Shown: positions 9,554-20,599, counted from the stretch's first letter. The stretch: DNA of 64,000 nucleotides from Anaerolineae bacterium (GCA_041301185.1 JBFYSV010000031.1:1102-65101), one strand, 5' to 3'. Translations and numbers: made by a program. The notes: generated by a model from the letters alone, not told the origin.

Positions 9554-10281
9554 CCAACCCAATCTATAAAATTCGAGAATTGGTTAAGGAATATGATGGC
9601 AGGCGGGTCCTGGATATCCCCGATTTGGAGATATATCCTGGCGAGATCTTTGCCCTGGTTGGTCCAAGTGGAGCGGGTAAAAGCACATTACTTCGTTTGC
9701 TAAATTTCCTGGAATTGCCAACCAGCGGTGAGATCACTTTTCTGACTCACAAGTATCAACCTGACATGGATGTTCCGCTGGAAATCAAGCGGCGAGTCAC
9801 GACGGTCTTCCAACGCCCGATTCTGCTCAACCAAACCGTATCCGAAAATGTGGTGTATGGGTTGCGAGTGCGTGGGAAGAAAGAGTCAAATGGGCTGTGC
9901 AAATCTGTCCTGAAGCAAGTTGGCTTGGCTCACCTGGCTCACCAGAGAGCACGTACATTATCAGGCGGGGAAGCCCAACGAGTCGCCCTCGCCAGAGCAA
10001 TGATCATCCAACCTGATGTGCTGCTCTTGGACGAACCGACCGCAAATCTCGATCCATATAATATAACCCTGATCGAGGAAATCGCCAAAAATACTAACCA
10101 GATCAATCAAACAACACTTGTCCTGGTAACACACAACATCTTCCAGGCTCGCCGCCTGGCAAACCGGATTGCCCTCATGCTGGATGGCAAAATCATCGAA
10201 GTTACGGATACAGAGCATTTCTTCAAGGCACCAGATGATCCCCGTACAGCGGCGTTTGTCCGTGGCGATATGGTGTATTGA
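9550..10281 (+). CDS. tupC: ABC transporter ATP-binding protein (TupC-like)
   Basis: Walker A GPSGAGKST, signature LSGGEAQRVALARA, Walker B LLLDEPT. Confidence 0.85.
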   Translation: MTNPIYKIRELVKEYDGRRVLDIPDLEIYPGEIFALVGPSGAGKSTLLRLLNFLELPTSGEITFLTHKYQPDMDVPLEIKRRVTTVFQRPILLNQTVSENVVYGLRVRGKKESNGLCKSVLKQVGLAHLAHQRARTLSGGEAQRVALARAMIIQPDVLLLDEPTANLDPYNITLIEEIAKNTNQINQTTLVLVTHNIFQARRLANRIALMLDGKIIEVTDTEHFFKAPDDPRTAAFVRGDMVY

Positions 10282-10360
10282 TCTTCCACAATCCATAAGC
10301 TGCGAATCAGTTTGAGTCATCAAGCCTGCCAATCCCTACCAATCCAAAAGGAGAAGATTT

Positions 10361-11326
10361 ATGTCAAAAAAAATTAGTTTTCTACTAAGCATCCTATTAC
10401 TCTTTGCCGTAATACTTTCAGCCTGTGCAGCACCCGCAGCCCCAACTGAAGCACCAGCTCAACCGACCCAAGCCCCAGCAGAGCCGACTGAAGTTCCTCC
10501 TACGCAGGCACCTGAACCCACTCCTGAAGCTACCTCTCGTGTACTCGAGGAGGGAAAGCTAATTCTGGCAACCACGACCAGCACAGAGGATTCCGGCTTG
10601 CTGGACTTCATCCTGCCCGATTTCGAGAGCCAGGCAGGGGTTGACGTAGATGTGATCGCGGTCGGCACCGGTCAGGCGCTCACCCTGGGCGAGGATGGTA
10701 ACGCTGATGTCCTCCTGGTACACGCCCGCGCCAGGGAAGACGAGTTCATGGCCGCCGGACACGGTATCCGCCGTGAAGACGTCATGTACAACGACTTCGT
10801 CATTCTTGGTCCCGAAGCAGACCCCGCCAGTATCAAAGGGATGACCAACGCTGCAGAAGCACTGAGCAAGATTGCAGCAGCCGAAGCCCCATTCGTCTCG
10901 CGTGGGGATGAATCCGGCACCCACACCAAAGAGCTTTCTGTCTGGAAAGCTGCCGGGATCGAGCCTGCCGGCGATTGGTACATTTCATCCGGTCAAGGCA
11001 TGGGCGAAGTCTTGATCATGTCTGACGAGCAACAAGCTTATACCCTCAGTGATCGCGCCACCTTCCTTGCCCTTTCGAAAGAAGGTCTCGAACTCGCCAT
11101 CCTGGTCGAAGGCGATCCCGTCCTCTTCAACCCGTATGGCGTCATCGCCGTCAATCCAGATAAGAACCCCGCCATCCAGAACGAACTGGCAAACCAGTTC
11201 ATCGATTGGATCATTTCCCTGCCAACCCAGGAGATGATCGAATCTTACGGCATGGAAGACTTCGACCAATCCCTGTTCATCCCCGATTCCGCTCTGTGGC
11301 GTGAAGCGCATGGAACGGGATCATAG
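10361..11326 (+). CDS. tupA: Lipoprotein, tungstate-type ABC substrate-binding protein (TupA-like)
   Basis: Lipobox ILSAC, then a Pro/Thr/Ala/Glu-rich linker. The TTTSTEDSGLLDF motif carries the TTTS signature I associate with TupA. Confidence 0.8.
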   Translation: MSKKISFLLSILLLFAVILSACAAPAAPTEAPAQPTQAPAEPTEVPPTQAPEPTPEATSRVLEEGKLILATTTSTEDSGLLDFILPDFESQAGVDVDVIAVGTGQALTLGEDGNADVLLVHARAREDEFMAAGHGIRREDVMYNDFVILGPEADPASIKGMTNAAEALSKIAAAEAPFVSRGDESGTHTKELSVWKAAGIEPAGDWYISSGQGMGEVLIMSDEQQAYTLSDRATFLALSKEGLELAILVEGDPVLFNPYGVIAVNPDKNPAIQNELANQFIDWIISLPTQEMIESYGMEDFDQSLFIPDSALWREAHGTGS

Positions 11327-11363
11327 CTGAACTGAGTCTATGAGGTTTGCTCATTTATGATTT

Positions 11364-11407
11364 TGGGGTTGTTTGGACGATTCTGCCCAAGCAACCCCAT
11401 AATTTTT
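11364..11407 (+). terminator. Intrinsic terminator after tupA
   Basis: TGGGGTTG (11364-11371) pairs with CAACCCCA (11392-11399), with extra pairing inside, followed by TAATTTTT. Confidence 0.6.
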
Positions 11408-11433
11408 GGCCTGATAAAGAATTAGTAAATCGC

Positions 11434-11937
11434 TTAATTGGCAGGTGCCTGGCGGTGCAATACGATAAAGGAGTGGTCGAAATCATCCCCTTGTCTCGCA
11501 GGTTGGAAAATTGATTGGATTTCTTTCCATTCTGCTTGATTGATACTCGGGAAAAACACATCCGCTGCAGTTGTGGCGTGAACGAGGGTCAGATAAATCC
11601 GGTCAGCCCTTGGGAGCGTCTGCCTGAATATTTGTCCACCACCGATAATAAAAACCTCATCCTCACCGTTCTCAAGAGCGAACAGCAGTCCATCATCAAT
11701 GGTATGAACAATGATGCAACCATCTTCCCGGTATAAGAGGTTCTTTGAAACCACAATCATTACTCTCCCAGGAAGCGGTTTGCCAATCGATTGATAAGTT
11801 TTCCTACCCATGATCAGATGGTGACCCATTGTCAAGGACTTAAACCGTCTCAAGTCACTGGATAGATGCCAGGGGAGCCGACCCTGGTAGCCTATCCCAT
11901 TCTCTTGATCCATCGCCACGATCAAAGATACAATCAA
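11434..11937 (-). CDS. folA: Dihydrofolate reductase
   Basis: [46 protein letters not shown] overlap with thyA. Confidence 0.9.
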   Translation of the reverse strand: MIVSLIVAMDQENGIGYQGRLPWHLSSDLRRFKSLTMGHHLIMGRKTYQSIGKPLPGRVMIVVSKNLLYREDGCIIVHTIDDGLLFALENGEDEVFIIGGGQIFRQTLPRADRIYLTLVHATTAADVFFPSINQAEWKEIQSIFQPARQGDDFDHSFIVLHRQAPAN

Positions 11938-12728
11938 ACCGATATCTCCGCCTTGATATGGGGATGCGCCCGGTAACCCACCAGCTCGAAATCCTCATAC
12001 TTGTAGTCAAAAATCGAGCGTACTTCGGGGTTAATTTTCATGATCGGCAATTCATAAGGCTGCCTCTCCAATTGGGTGCGAGCTTGATCGATGTGGTTGA
12101 GATATAAATGCGCATCTCCCAGGCTGTGAACAAATTCTCCCACACCCAGATCACAAACCTGGGCGACCATCATGGTCAATAAGGCGTACGAGGCAATATT
12201 AAACGGCACGCCTAGAAATACGTCCGCAGAGCGTTGATAGAGCTGGCAAGAAAGCTCGCCCCGTGCGACGTAGAATTGGAAAAGGGCATGGCAAGGAGAT
12301 AGTGCCATCTTTTCCAGCTCACCCACATTCCAGGCAGTGACGATCAAGCGTCGCGAATCTGGGTTGGTCTTAATTCCGTCGATCACCCTGGATATTTGAT
12401 CAATCGTCTGCCCATCTGCTGCCCTCCAGGTCCGCCATTGTGCGCCGTAGACCGGGCCTAGATTCCCATCATCGTCTGCCCACTCATCCCAAATTCTCAC
12501 ACCGTTCTCCTGGAGATAGCGAACATTGGTGTCCCCCTTTAAAAACCAGATCAGCTCGTGGATGATAGATTTTAAATGCAGTTTCTTGGTGGTTAAGAGC
12601 GGGAATCCCTTCATCAAGTCAAAACGCATCTGGTAACCGAATATGGATAGAGTCCCGGTACCCGTGCGATCTCCTTTCTGAACGCCGTGATCCAGGATAT
12701 TTTCTAATAAATCGAGATATTGCCTCAT
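11934..12728 (-). CDS. thyA: Thymidylate synthase (ThyA type)
   Basis: [20 protein letters not shown].., active-site region [12 protein letters not shown], 264 aa. Confidence 0.95.
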   Translation of the reverse strand: MRQYLDLLENILDHGVQKGDRTGTGTLSIFGYQMRFDLMKGFPLLTTKKLHLKSIIHELIWFLKGDTNVRYLQENGVRIWDEWADDDGNLGPVYGAQWRTWRAADGQTIDQISRVIDGIKTNPDSRRLIVTAWNVGELEKMALSPCHALFQFYVARGELSCQLYQRSADVFLGVPFNIASYALLTMMVAQVCDLGVGEFVHSLGDAHLYLNHIDQARTQLERQPYELPIMKINPEVRSIFDYKYEDFELVGYRAHPHIKAEISV

Positions 12729-12772
12729 ATAACTGCCTCCTATAAGGTGTAGGGGGAGCGAAAAGCAACTCT

Positions 12773-13708
12773 TCAGATTCGGTTTAAGTTTTGCAGGATT
12801 TCGCGAGCTCGCTGGATATCGGTATGGATTTGCTTAATAAGTGATTGGATATCCGAAAAACGCTGTTCGTCTCTCAACCTGGAGACAAATTCCAGGCTGA
12901 TTTGGCGCTCATAAATATCAGCGTCGAAATCCAGCAGATGAGCTTCAATCCGTGGAATAACTGGCAGGTTTTCGAACGTTGGGCGGATCCCAATATTCGT
13001 GACAGCACCCCAATATTCACCATCCACCAGAGCACGACAGACATAGACCCCGGCTTTGGGTATGGTCCGTTCTGTCCATACGGATAAATTCGCGGTCGGA
13101 ATGCCTAATGATTTGCCCCGGTCATCACCATGAACTACCTGTCCACTGACCGAGTAGCACCGTCCAAGCAGCCTGGCAGCGTGTTCAACATCGCCTTCTA
13201 AAAGTATAGAGCGAATCTGGCTGGAAGAGATGACAACATCCCCATTCAATATAGGAGGGATCACCTCAACTGAATATCCAAATTCCTCGCCCAAAACCCT
13301 CAAACGATCTACGTTCCCCTCGCGTCCACGCCCAAGTGCGAAGTCTTGTCCGACCAGCAGCCTGCGTAACCCCAGATGCTGGTGCAACCGGGCCATAAAA
13401 TCCCAGGCACTCAATTGGGATGTTGCCGTATCAAATGGATAGGTGACAACCACATCAACGCCAAACTCACCCAGAAGGGAAGCCCGTTCTTCTGGTGTAG
13501 TGAGGAATAACGGATTGCTTCGCTTCCCCAATACCACTGCCGGATGCGGATGAAAAGTGATCGCTACCGAGGTGGCATTTGCATCGCGGGCACCAGTGAC
13601 TAGTTGTCGAATTATCTCCTGGTGTCCCCGATGCACTCCATCAAAAGAGCCAATGGTAAGCCAGGTATTTGCCAGGCTTACACCCTCTAGAGATTGGTAA
13701 TGGGGCAT
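12773..13708 (-). CDS. ribF: Bifunctional riboflavin kinase / FAD synthetase
   Basis: [11 protein letters not shown], and a C-terminal riboflavin kinase part (GIPTANL..). ATG 13708 was chosen because the listed longer ORF overlaps the truB 3' end. Confidence 0.9.
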   Translation of the reverse strand: MPHYQSLEGVSLANTWLTIGSFDGVHRGHQEIIRQLVTGARDANATSVAITFHPHPAVVLGKRSNPLFLTTPEERASLLGEFGVDVVVTYPFDTATSQLSAWDFMARLHQHLGLRRLLVGQDFALGRGREGNVDRLRVLGEEFGYSVEVIPPILNGDVVISSSQIRSILLEGDVEHAARLLGRCYSVSGQVVHGDDRGKSLGIPTANLSVWTERTIPKAGVYVCRALVDGEYWGAVTNIGIRPTFENLPVIPRIEAHLLDFDADIYERQISLEFVSRLRDEQRFSDIQSLIKQIHTDIQRAREILQNLNRI

Positions 13709-13724
13709 GACGGGTTGGGGATCA

Positions 13725-14636
13725 TCAGGATTGGAAGAATACCTTGCGGGGCTGCCATTCTGAAGTTTCAACATCAAATTCCAGGAGAGCTACAAGATCA
13801 CCCTGCTCACTGATGCCCCGCGCCCATCCTTTTGAGCCAGCTTCCCCGGGTACGCGGTGCCCATGGCGTACCAACTCAACCCCATCAGCATCCAGTTCTA
13901 CCATTGGCCAGTCTGCCAACGCCTCAGCCGCTGGAATCAGGTGTCGATACCAGTCTCCGGCATCAAATCCTTCTTGTAAGCGTCGTAGAGGTACGGCATC
14001 TCGCAGAGTAAATCGCCCGCTTTTCGTCCGCCGCAATCCAACCAGGTGAGCACCACAACCCAGGGCATTGCCCAGATCGTTTGCCAGCGAGCGAACATAC
14101 GTGCCTGATGAGCAATACACGTCAATTACAACTTCCGGTGGTGCCCATTCCAGCACTTCCAGGCTGTAAACATTGATCTTACGAGGGCTCAGGTCTACCT
14201 CCTCACCTTCTCGCGCCATCTCGTATGCTTTCTTTCCCTTGACTTTGACTGCGGAGTATGGCGGAGGCACTTGTTCGATTTCACCAATAAATTGTTCGAG
14301 AACTTCAACAAAACGGTCTTCCGTAATGCTGTCCACGGACACATACGATTTGGTCACAACCCCGTCAGCGTCATAGGTATCAGTAGAGCTACCCAAACGG
14401 ATGGTCGCCTGGTAGCGTTTGTCGGATGCAGAAACATACTCACTCAACCGAACAGCCGGTCCTACCAACACAACCAGCACCCCAGATGCACGCGGATCAA
14501 GCGTACCTGTGTGACCTGCACGACGAATCCCAGTCCCACGACGAATGATTTGGACAACATCGTGAGATGTGAGGCCAATTGGCTTATCAACTACCAGCAC
14601 TCCAGAGACAATATTCTTCATCGGATCCTGATTCAT
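13725..14636 (-). CDS. truB: tRNA pseudouridine(55) synthase
   Basis: GLTSHDVV..GHTGTLDPRASGVL motif. Position between nrnA/rbfA and ribF. Confidence 0.9.
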   Translation of the reverse strand: MNQDPMKNIVSGVLVVDKPIGLTSHDVVQIIRRGTGIRRAGHTGTLDPRASGVLVVLVGPAVRLSEYVSASDKRYQATIRLGSSTDTYDADGVVTKSYVSVDSITEDRFVEVLEQFIGEIEQVPPPYSAVKVKGKKAYEMAREGEEVDLSPRKINVYSLEVLEWAPPEVVIDVYCSSGTYVRSLANDLGNALGCGAHLVGLRRTKSGRFTLRDAVPLRRLQEGFDAGDWYRHLIPAAEALADWPMVELDADGVELVRHGHRVPGEAGSKGWARGISEQGDLVALLEFDVETSEWQPRKVFFQS

Positions 14637-15658
14637 TTTTTTATCCCATCCATGTGATATTGTTTGTGGTTATCGCGAATGAGACAGAATGTCTCTTGCA
14701 AGACCTGCGAGCGAATTTCCTCTAAATTACCTGTTATTTCTGCTCCAGCAGCTACCGGGTGACCACCGCCACCAAAACTCATTGCAACTTGCGATACATC
14801 GATTCCAAGTACTGAACGCCAGCTCACTTTCACCCTTCCGTTAGGCTGTTCAACAAAGACCAAACAAATCTCCACCCCGCTAATTGCAGACAACAAGTTG
14901 ATCAAGTCCGCATCATCACGCCCACCGTATCCAACGGATTTTCGATCAGCCATGCTCAAAGTCGTCCAGATGATCGAGCCATCGCGCTCTAATAGAGATA
15001 ACCCTGCACCCCAGAAACGAATGGCTTCAAACGTGCGGTTCACCAGAGCCAGATGATATAAATTCGATAGATCAGAGCCAGCCTCCAATAAATCTGCTGC
15101 CATTCTTAATGCTTTTGAAGAGATATTGGAAGTCCGGAAACCAATCGTATCGGTTATTAGGCCGGTCAGGAGAGCATCGGCTACCATTTTTGTCAGCGGT
15201 AATCCCCACGCCATCAAGTGAGTGTAGATAATCTCTGTCGTAGACACTGCCGCTGCATCGATCAGGTTGATTTGGGCAAAACCCTGATTAGTAGCATGGT
15301 GGTCAATGTTGATATCTGGCAACGGATAACCCTCTAATGCGTTACCCAACCGGTCCTGATCAGAGCAATCCAGGCAAATGATCAGATCAACCTCCCCATT
15401 TGGACCATTCCGGATCAGTTCACTGCCGGGCAAATGCTTTAGACTCACCGGGACGCCATCGGCAATTACCATCTGAACCTGTTTACCGACCTCCTGGAGG
15501 GCGAGCCCAAGACCCAATACCGAACCAACTGCATCCCCATCTGGTCGGATATGGGAAAGAACCAGAATACGCCCAGCCTTTTGAAATCGATCCTGAATAA
15601 GTGCTACCGAATTATTGCTGCCCAATTGCCTTCTCCTCGTCCGATGAGTCGGACTCAT
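14633..15658 (-). CDS. nrnA: DHH/DHHA1 phosphoesterase (NrnA-like oligoribonuclease/pAp phosphatase)
   Basis: HIRPDGDAVGS, NIDHHATN, GGGGHPVAAGA. The start is uncertain: ATG 15658 overlaps the rbfA 3' end by 47 nt, and an in-frame TTG at 15625 is an alternative. The listed 400-aa ORF is over-extended. Confidence 0.8.
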   Translation of the reverse strand: MSPTHRTRRRQLGSNNSVALIQDRFQKAGRILVLSHIRPDGDAVGSVLGLGLALQEVGKQVQMVIADGVPVSLKHLPGSELIRNGPNGEVDLIICLDCSDQDRLGNALEGYPLPDINIDHHATNQGFAQINLIDAAAVSTTEIIYTHLMAWGLPLTKMVADALLTGLITDTIGFRTSNISSKALRMAADLLEAGSDLSNLYHLALVNRTFEAIRFWGAGLSLLERDGSIIWTTLSMADRKSVGYGGRDDADLINLLSAISGVEICLVFVEQPNGRVKVSWRSVLGIDVSQVAMSFGGGGHPVAAGAEITGNLEEIRSQVLQETFCLIRDNHKQYHMDGIKK

Positions 15659-15998
15659 TTTGTAAGGAATCAAACAGCTTTTCGATATGGTCAGCCCGCT
15701 CAAAAGTCGGATCCCAGTGAAACCGCAGCCTTGGGAAAGTGCGCAACTCCACCCGCTGAGCGAGCTCCCGGCGAATAAACCCCTGGGCACTCTCCAGCCC
15801 CTCCAGGATCTCCTGGGAGCGCTCAGAGCCCTCAATGGCCGAGATATAGATATTGGCGTAGGATAGCTCTCGATCCACCGTCACATCCGTCACCGAAACC
15901 CCCAATAGGCGTGGGTCTGAGATCTCATGAATCAGTAGCTCAGACAGCTCTTCACGAACCCGGTCTGCAATCCGTTGCGCCCGTAATTTCGACACCAT
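15612..15998 (-). CDS. rbfA: Ribosome-binding factor A
   Basis: RAQRIADRVREELSELL..DPRL..VSVTDVTVDRELSYANIYIS. Directly downstream of infB. Confidence 0.9.
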   Translation of the reverse strand: MVSKLRAQRIADRVREELSELLIHEISDPRLLGVSVTDVTVDRELSYANIYISAIEGSERSQEILEGLESAQGFIRRELAQRVELRTFPRLRFHWDPTFERADHIEKLFDSLQNESDSSDEEKAIGQQ

Positions 15999-16040
15999 TA
16001 TAGTCCTGCTTTCTAATCACAAACAGGCAATAATCCAATC

Positions 16041-17834
16041 TCAAGCCGCGGGTACCTTCTCAACGATATAACACTCAATATGATCACCTTCAACCCAATG
16101 ATCGAAATTCTTGACTGCTATCCCGCATTCATATCCCTGGCGGACTTCTCGGACATCATCTTGCAAGTGGCGCAAGGATGATACCGACCCTTCATGGATC
16201 ACTTCGCCTGCCCGTTTTACCCTGATCATTGCGTTCCGGCGAATCTCCCCGCTGGTGACATAACAGCCAGCGATATTGCCAGTTTTGGAGATTCGAAAGA
16301 CCACCCGTACATCTGCCTGTCCCAGGATCGTCTCTTTATCAATCGGCTCTAGCATACCGGTTAGGGCTTTCTCAACATCTTCAGTCAACCGGTAGATAAT
16401 TTCATACAGGCGGACTGAAACCCCTTCGGCATCAGCCAGCCGCCGGGCGGCTGAATCTGCCAGAACATTGAAGCCGATTACAACCGCCCTTGAGGCCGCA
16501 GCGAGCATGATATCATTCTCTCCGATATTGCCCGTCTCGGCATACAAGATATTGACTGCGATATCCCCCTTGTTCATTTCATTAAGGGAGGAAATAATTG
16601 GCTCTAAAGATCCCTGCACGTCTGCTTTTACAATCAAGCGCAGTTCTTTAAGATCTCCGGCTTGAAAACGGTCAAATAGCTGCTCAAGGGTAACAGTGGA
16701 GACGTGCTCAGCCTCGGCTTCTTTTTTCTCTGCCATGCGATCCTGCACGATAATACGGGCTTCTTTGTCAGAGTTTACAACCTTGAATATATCCCCAGCC
16801 TGGGGTACATCATTGAGCCCCATAACGGAGACAGGAGTTGACGGCCCTGCTTTTTTTAGCTGCTTACCGCGATAATCAAACATCGCCCGCAGCCGCCCGT
16901 GGGCATTACCAACCACAATCACGTCGCCGACATCCAGAGTCCCATTCTGCACTAATAAAGTTGCCAGAACACCGCGGGCGCGGTCCCGTTCAGCCTCAAT
17001 CACTGTGCCTATCACCCGTCCTTTTGGATTGGCTTGAATTTTCTGGTTATCAGCCACTAATAAGATCGCCTCTAATAGATCATCCAGGCCAATTTTCTTC
17101 TTCGCAGAAATAGGGACGACAATTGTATCCCCGTCCCATTCATCCGGAACCAACCCAATCTCAGCCAGTTGCTGATTGACCTTTCCAGGGTCAGCATTGG
17201 GTTTATCCACTTTATTCATAGCCACGATAATCGGCACTTTTGCTGCCTTAGCATGGGCTGCCGCCTCTCGAGTCTGTGGCATAACTCCATCATCGGCGGC
17301 AACCACCAGGACGACGATATCCGCACCCTGGGCACCTCGCGCACGCATAGCCGTAAATGCCGCATGTCCCGGGGTATCCAGGAATGTAATCGTGCGACCA
17401 TTATGCTCGGTTTGATAAGCACCAATGTGCTGGGTAATTCCACCCGCTTCTCCTTCGACAACATTGGTATGTCGAACAGCGTCCAATAGAGTGGTTTTGC
17501 CATGGTCAACATGACCCAGTATCGTGACAACCGGCGGACGGTTTACGAGTTGACCAGGGTCTTCATCTGCAATCAGGCGCCGCCATAATGGGATCTCGGT
17601 CGCATCCTCTTCAACAGCGGTTTGGGGTGTCTCCAGGGTAGCTTCAAACCCCATCTCCGCTGCAACAACCGCAGCTGTGTCGTAATCGATCAATTGATTG
17701 ATATTTGCCATTACCCCATTTGCCATCAAAGTCTTAATCACCTCGATGGGGCTGGCTTTAATCGCTTGAGCTAATTCCCGTACTGTTATACTGGGTGGTA
17801 GTTCGATAACATTTCCATGCCCATTATCGCTCAT
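16041..17834 (-). CDS. infB: Translation initiation factor IF-2 (short N-terminal form, 597 aa)
   Basis: G domain [28 protein letters not shown] lies upstream of ATG 17834. Confidence 0.95.
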   Translation of the reverse strand: MSDNGHGNVIELPPSITVRELAQAIKASPIEVIKTLMANGVMANINQLIDYDTAAVVAAEMGFEATLETPQTAVEEDATEIPLWRRLIADEDPGQLVNRPPVVTILGHVDHGKTTLLDAVRHTNVVEGEAGGITQHIGAYQTEHNGRTITFLDTPGHAAFTAMRARGAQGADIVVLVVAADDGVMPQTREAAAHAKAAKVPIIVAMNKVDKPNADPGKVNQQLAEIGLVPDEWDGDTIVVPISAKKKIGLDDLLEAILLVADNQKIQANPKGRVIGTVIEAERDRARGVLATLLVQNGTLDVGDVIVVGNAHGRLRAMFDYRGKQLKKAGPSTPVSVMGLNDVPQAGDIFKVVNSDKEARIIVQDRMAEKKEAEAEHVSTVTLEQLFDRFQAGDLKELRLIVKADVQGSLEPIISSLNEMNKGDIAVNILYAETGNIGENDIMLAAASRAVVIGFNVLADSAARRLADAEGVSVRLYEIIYRLTEDVEKALTGMLEPIDKETILGQADVRVVFRISKTGNIAGCYVTSGEIRRNAMIRVKRAGEVIHEGSVSSLRHLQDDVREVRQGYECGIAVKNFDHWVEGDHIECYIVEKVPAA

Positions 17835-18047
17835 TGGTTACCTCCTAGAACTTACTTTATCAATGCAGGTCGTGCTTGTCACTTCATTCGCCCAAATGAG
17901 CGAGACGGGCATTGTTCAACTGGCTGGTTACTTATCTATGCGCACATTACAAACCTCAGTATGTGCCGCAAGCACAACCCACCCGCATTTAATCCTTGAT
18001 CACACATTTCGTATCCAGCAAGATCCGCATTAACTCGGATGATGCGA

Positions 18048-18359
18048 TTAGACACTGCCTTGCTCCTGCCTCAGATCTTCATCCTGCAGTGTCTCTGCAA
18101 ACGCTGCCAGACGCTCTTGATCCTCGTCTGTCAGGTCAGTTTTCAGAGCTTTCGCTAGCGGACCCTTCAAACTGCGCTCCCAACAGGAGCGTTGATTATG
18201 CAGGTACGCTCCCCGTCCCGGCATCTTTCCAGTTGGGTCCACCTGGACACCCTGTTCATTGTGCACAATCCTGATCAGAGATCGTTTTGGCAGGGTTTCT
18301 CGGCATCCAACACAGGTTCGTTGAGGAATATGCTTCCTCCGGACAGGTTTCCTGGCCAT
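18048..18359 (-). CDS. ylxR: YlxR/RnpM family (DUF448) RNA-binding protein
   Basis: PQRTCVGCRE..PKRSLIRIV..DPTGKMPGRGAYL motif. Classic position between nusA and infB. Confidence 0.85.
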   Translation of the reverse strand: MARKPVRRKHIPQRTCVGCRETLPKRSLIRIVHNEQGVQVDPTGKMPGRGAYLHNQRSCWERSLKGPLAKALKTDLTDEDQERLAAFAETLQDEDLRQEQGSV

Positions 18360-18384
18360 TAAGCAGAGTCTCGCTTATCAAAAT

Positions 18385-20424
18385 CTATATTTCCCAGTTA
18401 TCGCCCCATTCTCCAGGGCCGCCACGCTTGCGTTTCTTCTTGTAAATTACAACATCCTGTTCTGGATCATACTCAACTTCGACGAATTTCTTTTTCTTCT
18501 TCTTCTTCTTCTTGCGTTGTGAATCTTCGTCTTCGTCTTCCTCATCCTCGACGGGCTCTGTAAATTCGAGAGCTTCTGGTCGCAAGGCAAAAATTTCATC
18601 CAGTGTTGTAGGCTCTTCTTCCTCGCCTTCAACCGCTTCAATCACCCCTTGCGCCTCAAGAGCAGGCTCTACCGCTTCTTCGGGTTTTTCAAGAATTTCC
18701 TCGATTTCCTCGGAAACCAGTTCACCCACGACTGCCTGGGCTTCAGCTGTCTCTTCCGCCAGCACATCTCCCACAGCCACCTCAGCCAAGGCTTCGGCTT
18801 CCATCTCGACCTCGGGCAACTCGACCTCTGCCTCCGCTTCCACCTCCACCGGCTGTGCTTCAGCCATTTCAACAACCTCTGGTTGGACCTCTTCGGCTTC
18901 AGCGACAGGAGCTAGCTCCTGCGGGGCTCCAAACGTCAATCCAGCCAGGGCAGTATCTATATCTTCCATCGTTTTCGGTCCAATACCGCTTAGGCCGAGA
19001 ATAGCATCGGAATCCAGCTTCATTTGAAGCATGAGATCTCCAACAGTCGTATAGCCTGCCCCACCCAGCACCGATGTTATCCGAGGTGAAATGCCAAGCT
19101 CTTCCAGGGGTATCCTGTAAGCTTCATCCGGGATTTGTGCCTGGATCACTTTCTGGCGCTCTTCCTCGACCTGCTTCTCTTTCTGTCGCTGCCGGCTGAG
19201 ACCTTTTTCTACCCGGTCGACAAACTGGCTCAACAACTGGTATTCCTCTGGCTGAACCGGTCTGCCTTCTGCTTTCTTAGCTAAAATGGCAACAACCTGG
19301 TCTTTGATAGCTGCTTCTTGTTCTGCAATCAGAGCATATTCTGGATCATTTTGTATTTTATACAACGCATCCGAAGCTGCCTCTGGCAGGCTTTTGATGT
19401 CGATCCTCCAGGCTGTCAACTTTGCTGCCAGCCGAGCGTTCTGCCCATCACGTCCAATTGCCAGGCTTAATTGGTCCTCAGGGACAACCACGGTGGCTGT
19501 CTTAGCACCTTTGGAATGCTCATTCAAGTAGACACCAGTTACCCGAGCCGGGCTGAGCGCTTTGGCAATATAGATTGCAGGGTCAGTATTCCACTCGATT
19601 ACATCGATCTTTTCGTCATTTAACTCACGCACGATCGCCTGGATGCGAACGCCACGGATGCCAACACAAGCTCCAACAGGGTCCACTCCCGGTTGAAGAG
19701 CAGCTACCGCTACTTTTGAACGCTGCCCTGGTTCACGCGCGATCGATCGGATCTCTACCATTCCATGGTAAATTTCCGGCACCTCATTTTCCAGCAGGCG
19801 TCGCAGGAAATTACGATGAGCTCGGGAAAGGATGATTTGAGGACCACGGCTGGTGGTCTTTACCTCCAGGAGCAGTGTGCGCACGCGATCATGGACGCGG
19901 AATCGCTCACCAACTACCTGCTGGTTGCGTGGCATCACCCCTTCCGCCTTCATGTCTAAACCGAGCGTAAGCGCCTGGGAATTGACAGCCTGGACGACTC
20001 CGCTGACAATCTCTCCAAGCTGTTTGCTAAAGTGATTCATCTGCGCGTCACGCTCGGCTTCGCGGATACGCTGCTGGATCACCTGGCGGGCAGTCTGGGC
20101 GGCGACTCGACCGAAGTTGCGCGGCGTGGTCTCTACAACCACCATCTCGCCCAGATTCGTCTCCGGGTTGACTTTCCGCGCCTCCTTCAGGGTGACCTCT
20201 GTTCTGGGATCCTGAACAGATTCAACCACCTCTTTCTCAGCAGAGATGGTGACTTTTCCGGTTTCCAGATCGATCGTAGCCTCTACATGCTGGGCATTGG
20301 ATGCATTTACCGCCCGGCGGTATGCAGAAACCATGGCTGCCTCGAGAGCTTCAAGGATCACCTCTTTTGGTAGCTTCTTCTCTTCCAGAACTTCATTAAA
20401 CGCAAGAACAAACTCGTTCTTCAT
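18385..20424 (-). CDS. nusA: Transcription termination/antitermination factor NusA with a long acidic + basic C-terminal extension (679 aa)
   Basis: N-terminal domain, S1 (GEIVSGVV..), two KH domains (..[12 protein letters not shown].., ..[13 protein letters not shown]..) and one HhH-like module ([29 protein letters not shown]). These are followed by ~130 aa rich in E/A/V, a K9 run and a 33-aa tail. Confidence 0.9.
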   Translation of the reverse strand: MKNEFVLAFNEVLEEKKLPKEVILEALEAAMVSAYRRAVNASNAQHVEATIDLETGKVTISAEKEVVESVQDPRTEVTLKEARKVNPETNLGEMVVVETTPRNFGRVAAQTARQVIQQRIREAERDAQMNHFSKQLGEIVSGVVQAVNSQALTLGLDMKAEGVMPRNQQVVGERFRVHDRVRTLLLEVKTTSRGPQIILSRAHRNFLRRLLENEVPEIYHGMVEIRSIAREPGQRSKVAVAALQPGVDPVGACVGIRGVRIQAIVRELNDEKIDVIEWNTDPAIYIAKALSPARVTGVYLNEHSKGAKTATVVVPEDQLSLAIGRDGQNARLAAKLTAWRIDIKSLPEAASDALYKIQNDPEYALIAEQEAAIKDQVVAILAKKAEGRPVQPEEYQLLSQFVDRVEKGLSRQRQKEKQVEEERQKVIQAQIPDEAYRIPLEELGISPRITSVLGGAGYTTVGDLMLQMKLDSDAILGLSGIGPKTMEDIDTALAGLTFGAPQELAPVAEAEEVQPEVVEMAEAQPVEVEAEAEVELPEVEMEAEALAEVAVGDVLAEETAEAQAVVGELVSEEIEEILEKPEEAVEPALEAQGVIEAVEGEEEEPTTLDEIFALRPEALEFTEPVEDEEDEDEDSQRKKKKKKKKKFVEVEYDPEQDVVIYKKKRKRGGPGEWGDNWEI

Positions 20425-20486
20425 GTCTCCTCGATCTCACTCTGGAGCAAAAATAAAAATATGATTGAACCTTTCAATTATACGAA

Positions 20487-20511
20487 GAAAAGTGGGGGGT
20501 GCCCACTTTTC
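20487..20511 (-). terminator. Hairpin after the GNAT gene, upstream of nusA
   Basis: GAAAAGTGGG - 5 nt loop - CCCACTTTTC, a perfect 10-bp stem. On the minus strand it is followed by TTCGTATAATTG, which contains a TATAAT that could be the nusA -10. Confidence 0.5.
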
Positions 20512-20599
20512 ACCAATCCGATATCAATAACGCCAGCTTACCCGATCTATATTCTAGCATGAAATTATATCGCAGGCAAGGTTTTAAAGCGGAGCCAGA

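Noticed and set aside
10459-11311. Several 69-121-aa ORFs antisense to tupA.
   Set aside because: They lie inside a well-supported gene, are Ala/Gly/Ser-rich because of codon mirror effects, and have no RBS.
15659-15835. 59-codon extension of the nrnA-like ORF.
   Set aside because: It lies entirely inside rbfA in another frame. It is Arg/Ser/Gly-rich with no DHH-family similarity.
17835-18047. 213-nt gap between ylxR and infB, with short direct repeats CCGCATT(T)AA. I looked for a ylxQ/L7Ae-like ORF or an RNA motif.
   Set aside because: Only 10-13-codon ORFs are present, and I could not build a convincing structure by eye. It is recorded under the operon finding instead.
18487-18513. The (CTT)n/(AAG)n run considered as a slippage or phase-variation tract.
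   Set aside because: It is an in-frame Lys9 codon run, interrupted by AAA codons, inside an essential gene. Nothing suggests on/off switching.
18512-19027. 171-aa Ser-rich plus-strand ORF, together with 18649..18915 and 18669..18875.
   Set aside because: These are antisense or alternate-frame products of the GAA/GCT-rich acidic repeat region of nusA. They are mirror-image low complexity with no start context.
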